Assembly: GCA_000990325.1 (NCBI GenBank)
Contig: LBPS01000008.1
Span: forward strand, 97 to 64,096
Reading direction: 5' to 3'
Length of the DNA stretch: 64,000 nucleotides
Source of the DNA: Candidatus Nomurabacteria bacterium GW2011_GWE2_34_25
GTDB taxonomy: Bacteria; Patescibacteriota; Minisyncoccia; Phycocordibacterales; UBA9973
The notes below the pieces were generated by a model. It saw only the letters and a program-made list of their open reading frames with translations, had not been told where the DNA came from and did not search any database. The position numbers were made by a program, and so were the translations under genes. Below, piece by piece: positions 55,467 through 64,000 of the stretch; the stretch's first letter is position 1, and each line of letters begins with the position of its first letter.

Positions 55467-56600
55467 ATGCAAAACAAATCACTTTCATACATAGAAATCT
55501 CAAAAGATAATTTGATACACAATATCAGGCAGTTTAGAGTTCTTTTGAAGAATAAGACGAAAATTGCTGTAGTGGTGAAGGCCAATGCTTACGGTCATGG
55601 AGACATGGAGGTAGCCAAGATCGTAAATCCTTACGTGGATTATTTTCAGGTAGATAGTATAGAGGAGGCCGAGAGAGTAAGAAAGGTAAGCAAGAAACCT
55701 ATTCTAATATTTGGATATACAAATGAAGATGGGGTAAAAAGAGCTATAAAGATAGGGGCGATAATTTCTGCTTTTGATTTGATACATCTTTTGAAGATTA
55801 ATCGTGTTGCAGAAATTTCTAAAAAGAAAATAAAAGTTCATCTTGCGATAGATTCGTATTTAGGCAGAGAGGGTATCATGCCTTCTCAAGTAGAGAATAT
55901 AATAAAAGAAATAAAAAATTTAAATAATATAGTTTTAGATGGAGTATATTCACATTTTGCAAACATCGAGGATACAATGAATTCTACTCATGCCAACAGA
56001 CAGATAGATACATATCATAAGTGTGTAGAGATTTTTAGGGAAAATGGTTACAAAAATATCAATACACACATATCAGCGACTTCAGGGATTTTGGTTTATG
56101 AAAAAGGGGATAATTTACACAGTATTGTTCGTCTTGGTATTGGGCTTTATGGTATGTGGCCAAGTGAACACTTGGAATATTTGAATAAAAAGAAAATAAA
56201 TTTGAAGCCAGTTTTGAAATGGGTCACTCATGTTGCTCAAGTGAAAGTTATCCCTGCCAATCATCCCATAGGTTATGGTCTGACTTACATTACCAAGAAA
56301 GCGACCAAGATAGCCGTCATTCCTCAGGGCTATTACGATGGGCTCACGCGTTCAATGTCTAATAATGGGGAATTCTTGATAAGAGGCAAAAAAGCGAAGA
56401 TTATAGGCCGAGTTGCCATGAATATGATCGTAGTAGATGTATCACACATTAAAGATGTTCGAGCAGATGATGAGGTGGTTATAATAGGCATACAAGGTAA
56501 AGCTAAAATCACAGCTGAAGATATGGCGAAAAGGATGGATACTATAAATTATGAAGTAACTACGAAAATAAGTGCCTTATTGCCAAGAGTGATTATATAA
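55467..56600 (+). CDS. alr: Alanine racemase
   Basis: PLP-lysine motif AVVKANAYGHG and a C-terminal beta domain. It starts 5 bp after ddl. Confidence 0.88.
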   Translation: MQNKSLSYIEISKDNLIHNIRQFRVLLKNKTKIAVVVKANAYGHGDMEVAKIVNPYVDYFQVDSIEEAERVRKVSKKPILIFGYTNEDGVKRAIKIGAIISAFDLIHLLKINRVAEISKKKIKVHLAIDSYLGREGIMPSQVENIIKEIKNLNNIVLDGVYSHFANIEDTMNSTHANRQIDTYHKCVEIFRENGYKNINTHISATSGILVYEKGDNLHSIVRLGIGLYGMWPSEHLEYLNKKKINLKPVLKWVTHVAQVKVIPANHPIGYGLTYITKKATKIAVIPQGYYDGLTRSMSNNGEFLIRGKKAKIIGRVAMNMIVVDVSHIKDVRADDEVVIIGIQGKAKITAEDMAKRMDTINYEVTTKISALLPRVII

Positions 56601-56710
56601 AAGGTGAAAATGTTTAAAATTTACGAGTAGGTGTGGGCGCGCCGTAGCGTAACGAAGTGAAGCGGAGAGGGATAAGCGAGTAAATTTGAAACATTTTCAC
56701 CTTTTATATA
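56593..56710. repeat. 118-bp palindromic element: ~33-bp near-perfect inverted repeats (ttatataaaaggtgaaaatgtttaaaatttacgag) flanking a 48-bp G+C-rich centre containing GGCGCGCC
   Basis: The arms are reverse complements with one mismatch. The centre (gtgggcgcgccgtagcgtaacgaagtgaagcggagagggataagcgag) shares the gcggagag...cgag motif with the repeat cores at 49320 and 57090. Confidence 0.7.
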
Positions 56711-56750
56711 CTAGTTGCATTTTTATGAGTTTTATAGTATTGTATGCAAT

Positions 56751-56909
56751 ATGTCACAAGATAGACTTTTCAAATTAGGCTGTACTAAATGCAAGCGCAT
56801 TAACTACTGGTCAAGCAAAAACAAGAAACTCGTTACTAAAAAGATCGAGCTCAAGAAGTATTGCAAATGGTGTAAAGTAAACACTAAACACAAAGAGGTT
56901 AAAAAGTAA
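56751..56909 (+). CDS. rpmG: 50S ribosomal protein L33
   Basis: 52 aa with Cys pairs (LGCTKCKRINYWSSKNKK...KKYCKWCKVNTKHKEVK). The classic rpmG with tRNA-Trp arrangement. Confidence 0.85.
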   Translation: MSQDRLFKLGCTKCKRINYWSSKNKKLVTKKIELKKYCKWCKVNTKHKEVKK

Positions 56910-56936
56910 AAAATCCCCATCTGGGGATTTTTTACT
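56908..56936 (+). terminator. Rho-independent terminator aaaaatcccca-tctg-gggattttt
   Basis: A perfect stem with flanking A and T runs immediately after the rpmG stop. Confidence 0.8.
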
Positions 56937-56962
56937 TTTTATGCTATATTATGTACGTTATT

Positions 56963-57033
56963 GGGCGATTAGTTTAGTGGTAGAACGATGGTCTCCAAAA
57001 CCATTGGTGGGGGTCCGATTCCTCCATCGCCCG
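56963..57033 (+). tRNA. tRNA-Trp (anticodon CCA)
   Basis: Acceptor GGGCGAT/ATCGCCC, anticodon stem ATGGT/ACCAT, loop CTCCAAA, and T arm GGGGG-TCCGATT-CCTCC. Confidence 0.85.
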
Positions 57034-57035
57034 CA

Positions 57036-57182
57036 AGAAAATAAACAAGATGTTATCTTGTCTATTTTAGATGGAAGAATCGGAAGACGGAGGCTGACGA
57101 GCCGAGTTGGGGTCGAGAGATTTTTCAGCAGAAAAATAATCGTGACCGAAAGTGTAATCACGATTCCTCCATCGTTCGCAGT
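57036..57182 (+). repeat. tRNA-adjacent structured repeat element (copy C), with an inverted and a direct copy of the tRNA-Trp 3' end
   Basis: Hairpin aacaagat-gtt-atcttgt, inverted copy gatggaagaatcg, core ggaggctgacgagccgagttggggtcgagagatttttcagcagaaaaataatcgtgaccgaaag, then direct copy cgattcctccatcgttcg (compare tRNA cgattcctccatcgcccg). Same layout as copy D at tRNA-Thr. Confidence 0.75.
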
Positions 57183-58136
57183 TTATTTCAAAAACTTTTT
57201 TATTTCTTTCAAAGCTTTTGCTTCTTCAGATTTTTTAGTTGGATTTATCCAAATAGTATTTAAATCACGCTTAAACCATGTTTTTTGGCGTTTGGCATAG
57301 TGCCATGTTTCAGTATTTATTTTTTCTATCATATCATCTCTTGAAATTTTCTTTTGTAAATACTGTGCCCCATATCTATATTCAAGTCCTAGAGCCTCCA
57401 TTCTCTTCCATGACAATCCAGCCTTATGAAGATTCTCAATCTCTTTCAGCATTCCTTTCTTAATACGGGCAAGTAGGCGAGCCTGGATTCTCTCTTTTAG
57501 TATTTCATCTGGTACAGTAAGTCCAATTTTTAAAACCTCAAATTTCGGGAGTTTAGAAACCTCTACAAACTCTGCCATGGCAGAGTTTGTAGAGGTTTTA
57601 TTATTTATTATTTTAGGGATTTTACCCAAGGCTTTAGCTATTTCTATAGCACGAATTAGGCGGACAGGATTGTTTATATCAATATTTTTTGCTCTCTCTT
57701 TATCTAACTTTTTTAATATTTTAAAAAGTTCCCCCGTAGATTTTTTAGAAAGTTCTTCGCGAAGTTCCTTATTGGGAGGGACTTCAGGGAAGGTTACTCC
57801 ATTTACAACTGCATCTATGTAGAAGCCTGTACCACCACAAATTATTGGAATCTTTTTATTTTTTATTATTTTTTTGATTTTCTTATCGACGAGTTTTTTA
57901 AAATCAGAGACAGTAAAAACTTTTTTTGGTGAAGCTACATCAAGCAAATGGTGAAGCACACCCTTCCTCTCTTTCTTTGTTATTTTCCCTGTACCCAAGT
58001 CCATACCTTTATACACTTGCCTAGAATCAGCAGAGATTATTTCTCCTCCTATTTCTTTAGCAACTTCCACAGCAAAATCACTCTTACCAGTGGAAGTTTG
58101 ACCTAGAATTACAATAATTTTGGGCTTTATTTTCAT
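57183..58136 (-). CDS. miaA: tRNA dimethylallyltransferase
   Basis: P-loop IIVILGQTSTGKS and motif DSRQVYKGMDLGTGK. The start is chosen at MKIKPK. The longer ORF upstream merely translates repeat copy B. Confidence 0.88.
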   Translation of the reverse strand: MKIKPKIIVILGQTSTGKSDFAVEVAKEIGGEIISADSRQVYKGMDLGTGKITKKERKGVLHHLLDVASPKKVFTVSDFKKLVDKKIKKIIKNKKIPIICGGTGFYIDAVVNGVTFPEVPPNKELREELSKKSTGELFKILKKLDKERAKNIDINNPVRLIRAIEIAKALGKIPKIINNKTSTNSAMAEFVEVSKLPKFEVLKIGLTVPDEILKERIQARLLARIKKGMLKEIENLHKAGLSWKRMEALGLEYRYGAQYLQKKISRDDMIEKINTETWHYAKRQKTWFKRDLNTIWINPTKKSEEAKALKEIKKFLK

Positions 58137-58164
58137 TTTGTGTGTGAATATATAAATTAGCTTC

Positions 58165-58262
58165 TTTCGAAATGCACACATAATTTTCTGCTGAAAATTT
58201 GCTCTTCTCGACCCGTCGGTCTCCGAAAGGCATTTCTTAAGAACTAATTTATATATTCGCAT
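58165..58262 (-). repeat. Structured repeat element copy B (minus-strand orientation) in the miaA upstream region
   Basis: The reverse complement reads ggagaccgacgggtcgagaagagcaaattttcagcagaaaattatgtgtgc. A 26-bp stretch is identical to copy A. It is flanked by imperfect inverted repeats (ctttcgaaatgc / gcatttcttaag). Confidence 0.7.
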
Positions 58263-58294
58263 AAATATCACTTTTTTGCTATAATCAATCTATT

Positions 58295-58597
58295 ATGGGA
58301 TTTAAATCATTTATAACAAAAAAGGCTCTTCAAATGAAGGGAATGTCTGCCGATCAAGCAGAAGCAATAGCAAAGCAACTAGACGAAAATCCGGAAATTG
58401 CCGAGAGTTTAAAGGCTTTAGAAAGCAATAAGGAAGTCAAAGAACTTTTTGAGAAAATTACAAAAGAAATAGAAGAGAAGAAGAAAGCTGGTACGGCTGA
58501 GCAATACGCAGCGATTTTAGTTATGAACAAATACAAAGCTGAAATCATGAAGCATCGCGAAGCCCTCGCTCCACTCCTAAGTTTGATGCAGAAATAA
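58295..58597 (+). CDS. Hypothetical protein (helical, charged)
   Basis: A 100-aa ORF with no recognised motif. Confidence 0.35.
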   Translation: MGFKSFITKKALQMKGMSADQAEAIAKQLDENPEIAESLKALESNKEVKELFEKITKEIEEKKKAGTAEQYAAILVMNKYKAEIMKHREALAPLLSLMQK

Positions 58598-58602
58598 TAT
58601 TC

Positions 58603-59436
58603 ATGATTGGCATTATTTTAGCAACATTGGGAACTTTTTTTGATGAAATCTCTCTTTCTTTTGGAAAGTGGGCTGTATCACACAACAAAGAAAATATTTA
58701 TACTTTTGGTTTTTTAAATTTCTTTTGGATGTTAATAATATTCATTATTTTTGCTATAGCCAAAAATAGTTTTATTTTTGACCCTGCTTCTATACCACTC
58801 TTTATCGTCTTAATAATTTTAGAAATTGCCCAAGTCTACTCGTCTTTAAATGCGATAGTCAAAGCCGACAGAAGTACTTCTGGATTTTTGTTGATTATCA
58901 CGATCCCTCTTTTGTTGATTGTTGATACTTTTTTGGGTTATAAAATAGGGATATATAGTCTATTGGGAGTTGTTGTTATCATAGTTGGTCTTATAATTTT
59001 ACTCACAAATCATGGTTTAAATAAAAAAGGTATATGGTATGTTATCTTCAGTGCTGTGAATGCTGTAGCCACTATCTCTATTTACAAATATTGTATTACT
59101 CATTACAACTCAGTCGAAGCTCAACAGATAATTATTTCTGTTTTCATGCTGATTTTCTTGTACATAATGTCAGTTTGGAAATCAAAAGAAAGTCCCTTAA
59201 AATATATTTTCAAAAAAGAATTTTTTATACGATCAGTTAGTATGGGTATTGGCAGTGTGATTATAAGTTTCGCTTATCTCTTTGCTCCATCTTCAATTAT
59301 AACTTCAGCCAAGAGGGCATCTTCTATTTTGTGGTCTATAATTTCTGGTAATCATTACTTTCACGAAAAGCATATTTTAGTTAAAATTACAGCCTTTCTT
59401 CTAATAATTGTTGGGCTAGCTTTAATGCTTTTTTAA
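58603..59436 (+). CDS. DMT/EamA-like integral membrane transporter (about 10 TM)
   Basis: A uniformly hydrophobic 277-aa protein with an internal duplication pattern typical of the drug/metabolite transporter superfamily. Confidence 0.5.
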   Translation: MIGIILATLGTFFDEISLSFGKWAVSHNKENIYTFGFLNFFWMLIIFIIFAIAKNSFIFDPASIPLFIVLIILEIAQVYSSLNAIVKADRSTSGFLLIITIPLLLIVDTFLGYKIGIYSLLGVVVIIVGLIILLTNHGLNKKGIWYVIFSAVNAVATISIYKYCITHYNSVEAQQIIISVFMLIFLYIMSVWKSKESPLKYIFKKEFFIRSVSMGIGSVIISFAYLFAPSSIITSAKRASSILWSIISGNHYFHEKHILVKITAFLLIIVGLALMLF

Positions 59437-59480
59437 GCTTAATAAAAAATCAGGAGGTAACTTTCGTTACCTCCCTCGAT

Positions 59481-59759
59481 TTATGTTATCTTGGATATTT
59501 CTTCCAATAGATCGGCGCTAGCGTCCGGTTCTACAGGTAATAAAACTTGTTCGGCGGGGAAAGGCCCACAGCAACTTCTTTTATAAAAATCTGATAGTTT
59601 TTTAGCTATCTCTGGGTATTTTGTTTTAAACTCTAAAGAGAAATTTTTTATACCCATCTCTTCAATATCAATAGCTCTATCGCTATCTTTTAGAGTATAA
59701 TAAATCTTGTTACCATCTATACCCTTACTACGAATAATAATCTTTTCAGTTTTTTCCAT
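59481..59759 (-). CDS. Hypothetical protein
   Basis: A 92-aa ORF with no recognised motif. Confidence 0.3.
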   Translation of the reverse strand: MEKTEKIIIRSKGIDGNKIYYTLKDSDRAIDIEEMGIKNFSLEFKTKYPEIAKKLSDFYKRSCCGPFPAEQVLLPVEPDASADLLEEISKIT

Positions 59760-59907
59760 TACGATGGTTTTAAATGGTGAATATTTAATTTAATTATAAT
59801 CCTTTGTACCATACCTGGCAAGAACGTTTTTATAGATTATTTATTTAATTAAAGTTTTTAATAAAATAAAATTATCGAATTTTCAGAAAATCTGCTATAT
59901 TTTAACC

Positions 59908-61020
59908 ATGTCACTATCAATCGGAATTGTAGGTTTGCCAAACGTCGGGAAGTCGACACTTTTTAATGCCCTTACAAAGAAGAGTGTTCCTTGTGAGAAC
60001 TATCCATTTTGCACCATAGATCCATCTGTGGGTGTTGTGGCTGTTCCCGATGAAAGACTTTGGAAGCTGTCCGTTTTTTCAAAATCAACAAAAACAATTC
60101 CAGCAGTTATTGAGTTTGTCGATATTGCCGGCCTTGTAAAAGGTGCTTCAGAAGGCGAAGGACTTGGTAATAAATTTTTAGCAAATATTCGTGAGGTAGA
60201 TGCTATCCTTGAGATGGTCCGCATCTTTCCACTAAAGGGTGACAAGGGCGATGAGATACTTCACGTCATGGGAGACATAGATCCACTTCGTGATATTGAA
60301 ATAATAAATTTAGAGCTTATCTTGGCTGATTTAGAAACGGTAGCGAAAAGGAAGAATAATATTACCAAAGAAGTAAGAAGAGGAGATAAGGAATTTATAC
60401 TAGAGGATGAAGCCCTTGCAAAACTTATACCAACCCTTGAGGCCGGTAAATTAGCGAACACAATAAATTTCACAGAAAAAGAAATAGAAAAAGTTAAACA
60501 ACTAGGACTCTTAACCATGAAGCCATTTATTTATGGACTCAATAAGAGGGCTGGCTCAGAGAATTTAGATGAATCAAATGCTGAAATTTTTAAAGAACTG
60601 ACTGACTATATAGAAAGCATGGGTTCTAGATATGTGGTGATAGATGCAAAGATTGAGCATGAGCTTATGGATTTTGAGGGGGAAGAAAAGGAGATGTTTC
60701 GTAAAGAGCTTGGAGGAGAGGATGATGGGATAAATAGTTTGATTACAGAAGGTTATAAACTTCTAGGTCTTGATACATATTTTACTACAGGAGAAGATGA
60801 AACTCGGGCTTGGACTATCAAGAAGGGTAGTACTGCCCCTGTCGCAGGCATGGCTATACACACAGACTTCAAAGACAAATTTATTCGTGCAGAAGTTGTA
60901 TTCTGGAGTGATTTACTTGAATCAGGAAGCTATGGTGAAGCTCGCTCAAAAGGAAAAGTAAGAACAGAAGGTAAAGAATATATAGTTAAGAATGGTGATG
61001 TCGTAGAGTTCAAAATTTAA
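59908..61020 (+). CDS. ychF: Ribosome-binding ATPase YchF (Obg-family GTPase)
   Basis: IGIVGLPNVGKSTLFNALTK, the NYPFCTIDP G motifs, and a C-terminal TGS domain. Confidence 0.9.
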   Translation: MSLSIGIVGLPNVGKSTLFNALTKKSVPCENYPFCTIDPSVGVVAVPDERLWKLSVFSKSTKTIPAVIEFVDIAGLVKGASEGEGLGNKFLANIREVDAILEMVRIFPLKGDKGDEILHVMGDIDPLRDIEIINLELILADLETVAKRKNNITKEVRRGDKEFILEDEALAKLIPTLEAGKLANTINFTEKEIEKVKQLGLLTMKPFIYGLNKRAGSENLDESNAEIFKELTDYIESMGSRYVVIDAKIEHELMDFEGEEKEMFRKELGGEDDGINSLITEGYKLLGLDTYFTTGEDETRAWTIKKGSTAPVAGMAIHTDFKDKFIRAEVVFWSDLLESGSYGEARSKGKVRTEGKEYIVKNGDVVEFKI

Positions 61021-61595
61021 TGCAAAAAGATTGGCTCAAAGTTGAAAAGGTTTTAAAAAGTGGGGGGATTGCTGTAATTCCTACGGATACTTTGTATGGG
61101 CTAGTTGCGAGTGCATTTGACAAAAAGGCAATAGAGAAAATTTATAAAATAAAAGAAAGGGACAAAAGTAAGGCTTTGATAGTTCTGATTTCTTCCTTCA
61201 AAGATTTGGAGAAATTTGGAATAAAAGTAATTAAGGAGCAGGCCAAAATTTTGGAAAAATTTTGGCCTGGGCAAGTTAGTGTTTTGCTGTCATGCAAGAG
61301 CAATAAATTTAAATATATACATAGTGGGACAGGTGAAATAGCTTTCAGAATGATAGGACCTAGAAACAAAAATTTATATAATCTGTTACGGAAGGTTGGC
61401 CCCATTGTGGCTCCAAGTGCCAATAGAGAAAATGGAAAGCCTGCCGAGACTATAAAAGAAGCTAAAGAGTATTTTGATGATAAAGTAGACTATTATATAA
61501 ATAGTGGTAAAAAAGTCGGGGAACCGTCTACTCTAGTTCGGGTAAAAGAGGGTAAGATTGAGGTACTAAGACAAGGTAGAGTTTTTTTGATATAA
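61020..61595 (+). CDS. tsaC: L-threonylcarbamoyladenylate synthase (YrdC/TsaC domain)
   Basis: VIPTDTLYGL, the hallmark YrdC motif. Confidence 0.8.
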   Translation: MQKDWLKVEKVLKSGGIAVIPTDTLYGLVASAFDKKAIEKIYKIKERDKSKALIVLISSFKDLEKFGIKVIKEQAKILEKFWPGQVSVLLSCKSNKFKYIHSGTGEIAFRMIGPRNKNLYNLLRKVGPIVAPSANRENGKPAETIKEAKEYFDDKVDYYINSGKKVGEPSTLVRVKEGKIEVLRQGRVFLI

Positions 61596-61604
61596 TGGGT
61601 CATT

Positions 61605-62645
61605 ATGGAAACAACAATAAAAAATTCAAAATTAACACCAAGATTCTTCTTTATCTCTCTTGGGGTTATTGTCACTCTTATTACTAGCGTATCTTCGTTT
61701 CTAGTTTTGTTATTTGAGTCTTTAAATAAAAAGTTCCCTGATGCTTTGAATTCTGTCTATCAATATGGGTACAATAGTTACAATTTTGAGACGATTCGTG
61801 CCTCACTTGCTACTCTTATCATATTCTTTCCAGTATTTATATTTATTTCATATCTTTGGCTAAGAGAATCAAAGGAAGATATTGGTTATAACAACCTGAC
61901 TTTACGTAAATGGATGATTTACCTGATTTTATTCTTGGCAAGTCTTTTGATTGTTATAGACTTAGTCACCCTAGTTCGATATTTTGTTTCAGGAGAGATA
62001 ACTACACGATTTATATATAAAGTTTCAGGGACTCTCTTAGTAGCTTTCCTTGTGGATTCATATTATTCACTAAAGATGAGGAATGTAAACTTCAATAGCG
62101 ATAAGTCAAAAAAGTGGGGACTTGTAATTGGAATTATATCAATAATTTTGTTTTCAGGACTAATAGTTTGGAGCTTTGCTGTTATGGGTAGTCCTGCCAA
62201 GCAACGTGCATGGAGACTAGACGAGAGAAGAGTAAATGACTTACAGAGTATTCAATATCAGGTTATAAATTACTGGCAACAGAAAGAGAAGTTACCAGTC
62301 ACACTCTCCGAATTAGCTGATCCTATATCAAGCTTTTCTATCCCCGTTGACCCAGAATTTGAGAAAGGGAAAACTTATGAATATATTCTTGGTGCAGATA
62401 AAAGTAAGCTTTCTTTTGACCTATGTGCCACATTTATGGAAGATATGCCAAAGGGTTGGCAAGAAAATAACTACGGAGGACCAGTCATACCTATGATGGC
62501 AGTAGAGAAGAGAGATATCGCCACTTCTTCAAGTTTTTATCCTTATCCAGGCGGTGGAGTAAACAATTCCTGGGATCATAAGGTTGGACGCACTTGCTTT
62601 ACACGTACTATAGACAAGGATTTATATCCAGTATTTAAGAAATAA
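61605..62645 (+). CDS. Hypothetical membrane protein (4 N-terminal TM helices plus a C-terminal soluble domain)
   Basis: Hydrophobic N-terminal half. No recognised motif. Confidence 0.4.
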   Translation: METTIKNSKLTPRFFFISLGVIVTLITSVSSFLVLLFESLNKKFPDALNSVYQYGYNSYNFETIRASLATLIIFFPVFIFISYLWLRESKEDIGYNNLTLRKWMIYLILFLASLLIVIDLVTLVRYFVSGEITTRFIYKVSGTLLVAFLVDSYYSLKMRNVNFNSDKSKKWGLVIGIISIILFSGLIVWSFAVMGSPAKQRAWRLDERRVNDLQSIQYQVINYWQQKEKLPVTLSELADPISSFSIPVDPEFEKGKTYEYILGADKSKLSFDLCATFMEDMPKGWQENNYGGPVIPMMAVEKRDIATSSSFYPYPGGGVNNSWDHKVGRTCFTRTIDKDLYPVFKK

Positions 62646-62666
62646 AGAGCTTTACTTTAAAACAAA

Positions 62667-64000
62667 ATGAAAAATTACGATCATAGAAAAATAGAAAAAA
62701 AATGGCAAGGCGCATGGGAGAAGGGTAAAATTTACGAAGCCAAAACTGGTATAAAAGGAAAGACCTTTTATGGACTCATAGAATTCCCATATCCATCAGG
62801 AGCTGGTCTTCATGTGGGGCATATTCGTAGTAATACAGCTATGGATATTATCACTCGCAAGCGTATGCCATTAAGATGGGGATAGATCCTGCCAAGGTTA
62901 CCAAGACTAATACCGATATCTTTAGAAAGCAGTTGAAGTCTGTAGGTTTTGGATTTGATTGGTCTCGAGAGATAGACACTACAGATCCAGCATATGTAAA
63001 ATGGACTCAGTGGATATTCTTGCAAATGTACAAGAAAGGTCTTGCTTATAAAGCACGTACTACTATAAACTGGTGTACATCATGTAAGATAGGTCTTGCA
63101 AATGAAGAAGTAGTGGGGGGAGAGTGTGAACGTTGTGGAGGTAAGGTTGTCAAAAGAGAAAAAGAGCAATGGATGCTTGCTATCACTAAATATGCAGATA
63201 GGCTAGACAAAGATTTAGATAAAGTAAATTATTTAGAGAAAATAAAAATTCAGCAGAGAAATTGGATTGGCAAAAGTGAGGGAAGTGAAATTGAATTTAG
63301 CTTTTGTCCATGTGCCATAGAAAATATTCCAAACTTGAAAAAAATTAAAGTATTTACAACCCGTGCTGATACTATTTTTGGTGCTACTTATGTCGTACTT
63401 GCTCCAGAACATGAATTAATAAATGATATAAAATCAAGAATTACAAATTGGAAAGAAGTAGAAACTTATATTAAACAAGTGAAAGATAAGCCAGATATGG
63501 AGAGAACTGCTGAGGATAAAGTAAAGACAGGGGTAGAATTAAAGGGAGTTAAGGCTCTTAATCCTGCTACTAATGAAGAGATACCTATTTGGATTGCCGA
63601 CTATGTTCTATCGACTTATGGGACAGGGGCAATAATGGCGGTACCACAACATGATGAAAGAGACAGAGATTTTGCCACTAAATTTAACTTACCAATAATA
63701 GATAAACCACTAGTAGACGCAAAAGAAATTACAGATAAGGTTCATGGTAAAATTGTCACCAAATACAAACTTCGTGATTGGGTTTTCTCAAGACAAAGAT
63801 ACTGGGGAGAGCCAATTCCTATAATACATTGTGATAAATGTGGATATGTTCCAGTGCCAGAGAAAGACCTTCCTGTGGTATTACCGAAAGTTAAATCATA
63901 TACACCGACCGACAATGGTGAGTCACCTCTGGCTATTATTTCAAAATGGGTCAATACAACTTGTCCTAAATGTAAAGGTAAAGCAAAGCGTGAGACAGAT
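62667..64000 (+). pseudogene. leuS: Leucyl-tRNA synthetase 5' region with an internal deletion and frameshift near 62860 (gene continues beyond the window)
   Basis: Frame 1 reads ...FPYPSGAGLHVGHIRSNTAMDIITRKRM, then hits a stop. LeuS then continues in another frame (YAIKMGIDPAKVTKTNTDIFRKQLKSVGFGFDWSREIDTTDPAYVKWTQWIFLQMYKKGLAY...). The ~19 residues expected between (GYNVLFPMGWDAFGLP) are absent. Confidence 0.8.

Noticed and set aside
57085-57150. Hammerhead ribozyme candidacy of the repeat core because of CTGACGAG...GAAA
   Set aside because: The CUGANGA-like heptamer is not conserved among copies (GTGACGAC in A, CCGACGGG in B). No consistent stem II/III arrangement could be drawn. It is probably coincidence.
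56941-57300. 119-aa ORF covering tRNA-Trp and repeat copy C
   Set aside because: It begins inside a tRNA gene and translates repeat-element sequence. It is not a gene.
57183-58271. Long N-terminal extension of miaA (first 45 codons of the 362-aa ORF)
   Set aside because: The extension is the translation of repeat copy B. The conserved MiaA P-loop starts right after the internal Met at 58136.
1-64000. CRISPR arrays, rRNA genes, transposase or integrase genes
   Set aside because: No regularly spaced direct repeats with unique spacers were seen. No rRNA-like conserved stretches were seen. No ORFs with DDE transposase or tyrosine/serine recombinase motifs were seen.

Overview
The window is AT-rich, tightly packed bacterial chromosome. 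Its content fits a small-genome, low-GC lineage. A Candidate Phyla Radiation (Patescibacteria)-like organism is plausible but not proven: the signs are compact uvrC, proS and gpsA, lysine-rich sigma-70, glycosyltransferase genes, Lamin-tail-domain (LTD) proteins and type IV secretion coupling protein (T4CP)-like ATPases.

Core genes are clear: rpoB (3' part), rpoC, dnaG-rpoD, rpsB-tsf, proS, mreBC, tgt, uvrB, uvrA, uvrC, two ddl, gpsA, engB, mntH, murA, murB, alr, rpmG with tRNA-Trp, miaA, ychF, tsaC and the 5' part of leuS. Five tRNAs are present: Thr-TGT, Ala-TGC, Leu-CAA, Trp-CCA and one non-canonical.

Beyond this, six things stand out:
1. Four paralogs of a roughly 550-aa cysteine-rich protein, each with homologous tandem zinc ribbons at both ends and internal Cys repeats. 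Two of them follow paralogous soluble TraD/VirD4-like P-loop ATPases. One of those ATPases is followed by a membrane-anchored LTD-PKD-LTD surface protein. This is a candidate uncharacterised multi-gene system.
2. A roughly 2.6-kb G+C-richer island sits between the two ATPase/Cys-rich modules. It carries a 286-aa Bacteroidetes-type primary sigma factor, which points to horizontal transfer or a chimeric assembly.
3. A 28-bp perfect palindrome with core TTCTATAGAA recurs in the promoter regions of paralog 2, an ArsR-like regulator, tgt and a methyltransferase. It is a candidate regulon operator.
4. A dispersed family of structured repeat elements, in at least four to five copies. The conserved core contains the hairpin ATTTTC-AGCA-GAAAAT. 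Two copies sit immediately 3' of tRNA genes, and their terminal inverted repeats are built from copies of that tRNA's 3' end.
5. Short palindromic insertions lie in-frame inside tgt, uvrA and uvrB, in the manner of Rickettsia palindromic elements (RPE).
6. Three conserved genes (tgt, engB, leuS) carry frameshifts or deletions. These are pseudogenes or sequence errors.

One further oddity is that murA is fused to an N-terminal XRE-type HTH domain. No CRISPR array, rRNA gene or obvious autonomous mobile element (transposase or integrase) was seen. All calls come from reading the sequence and ORF translations by eye; no searches or computations were run.
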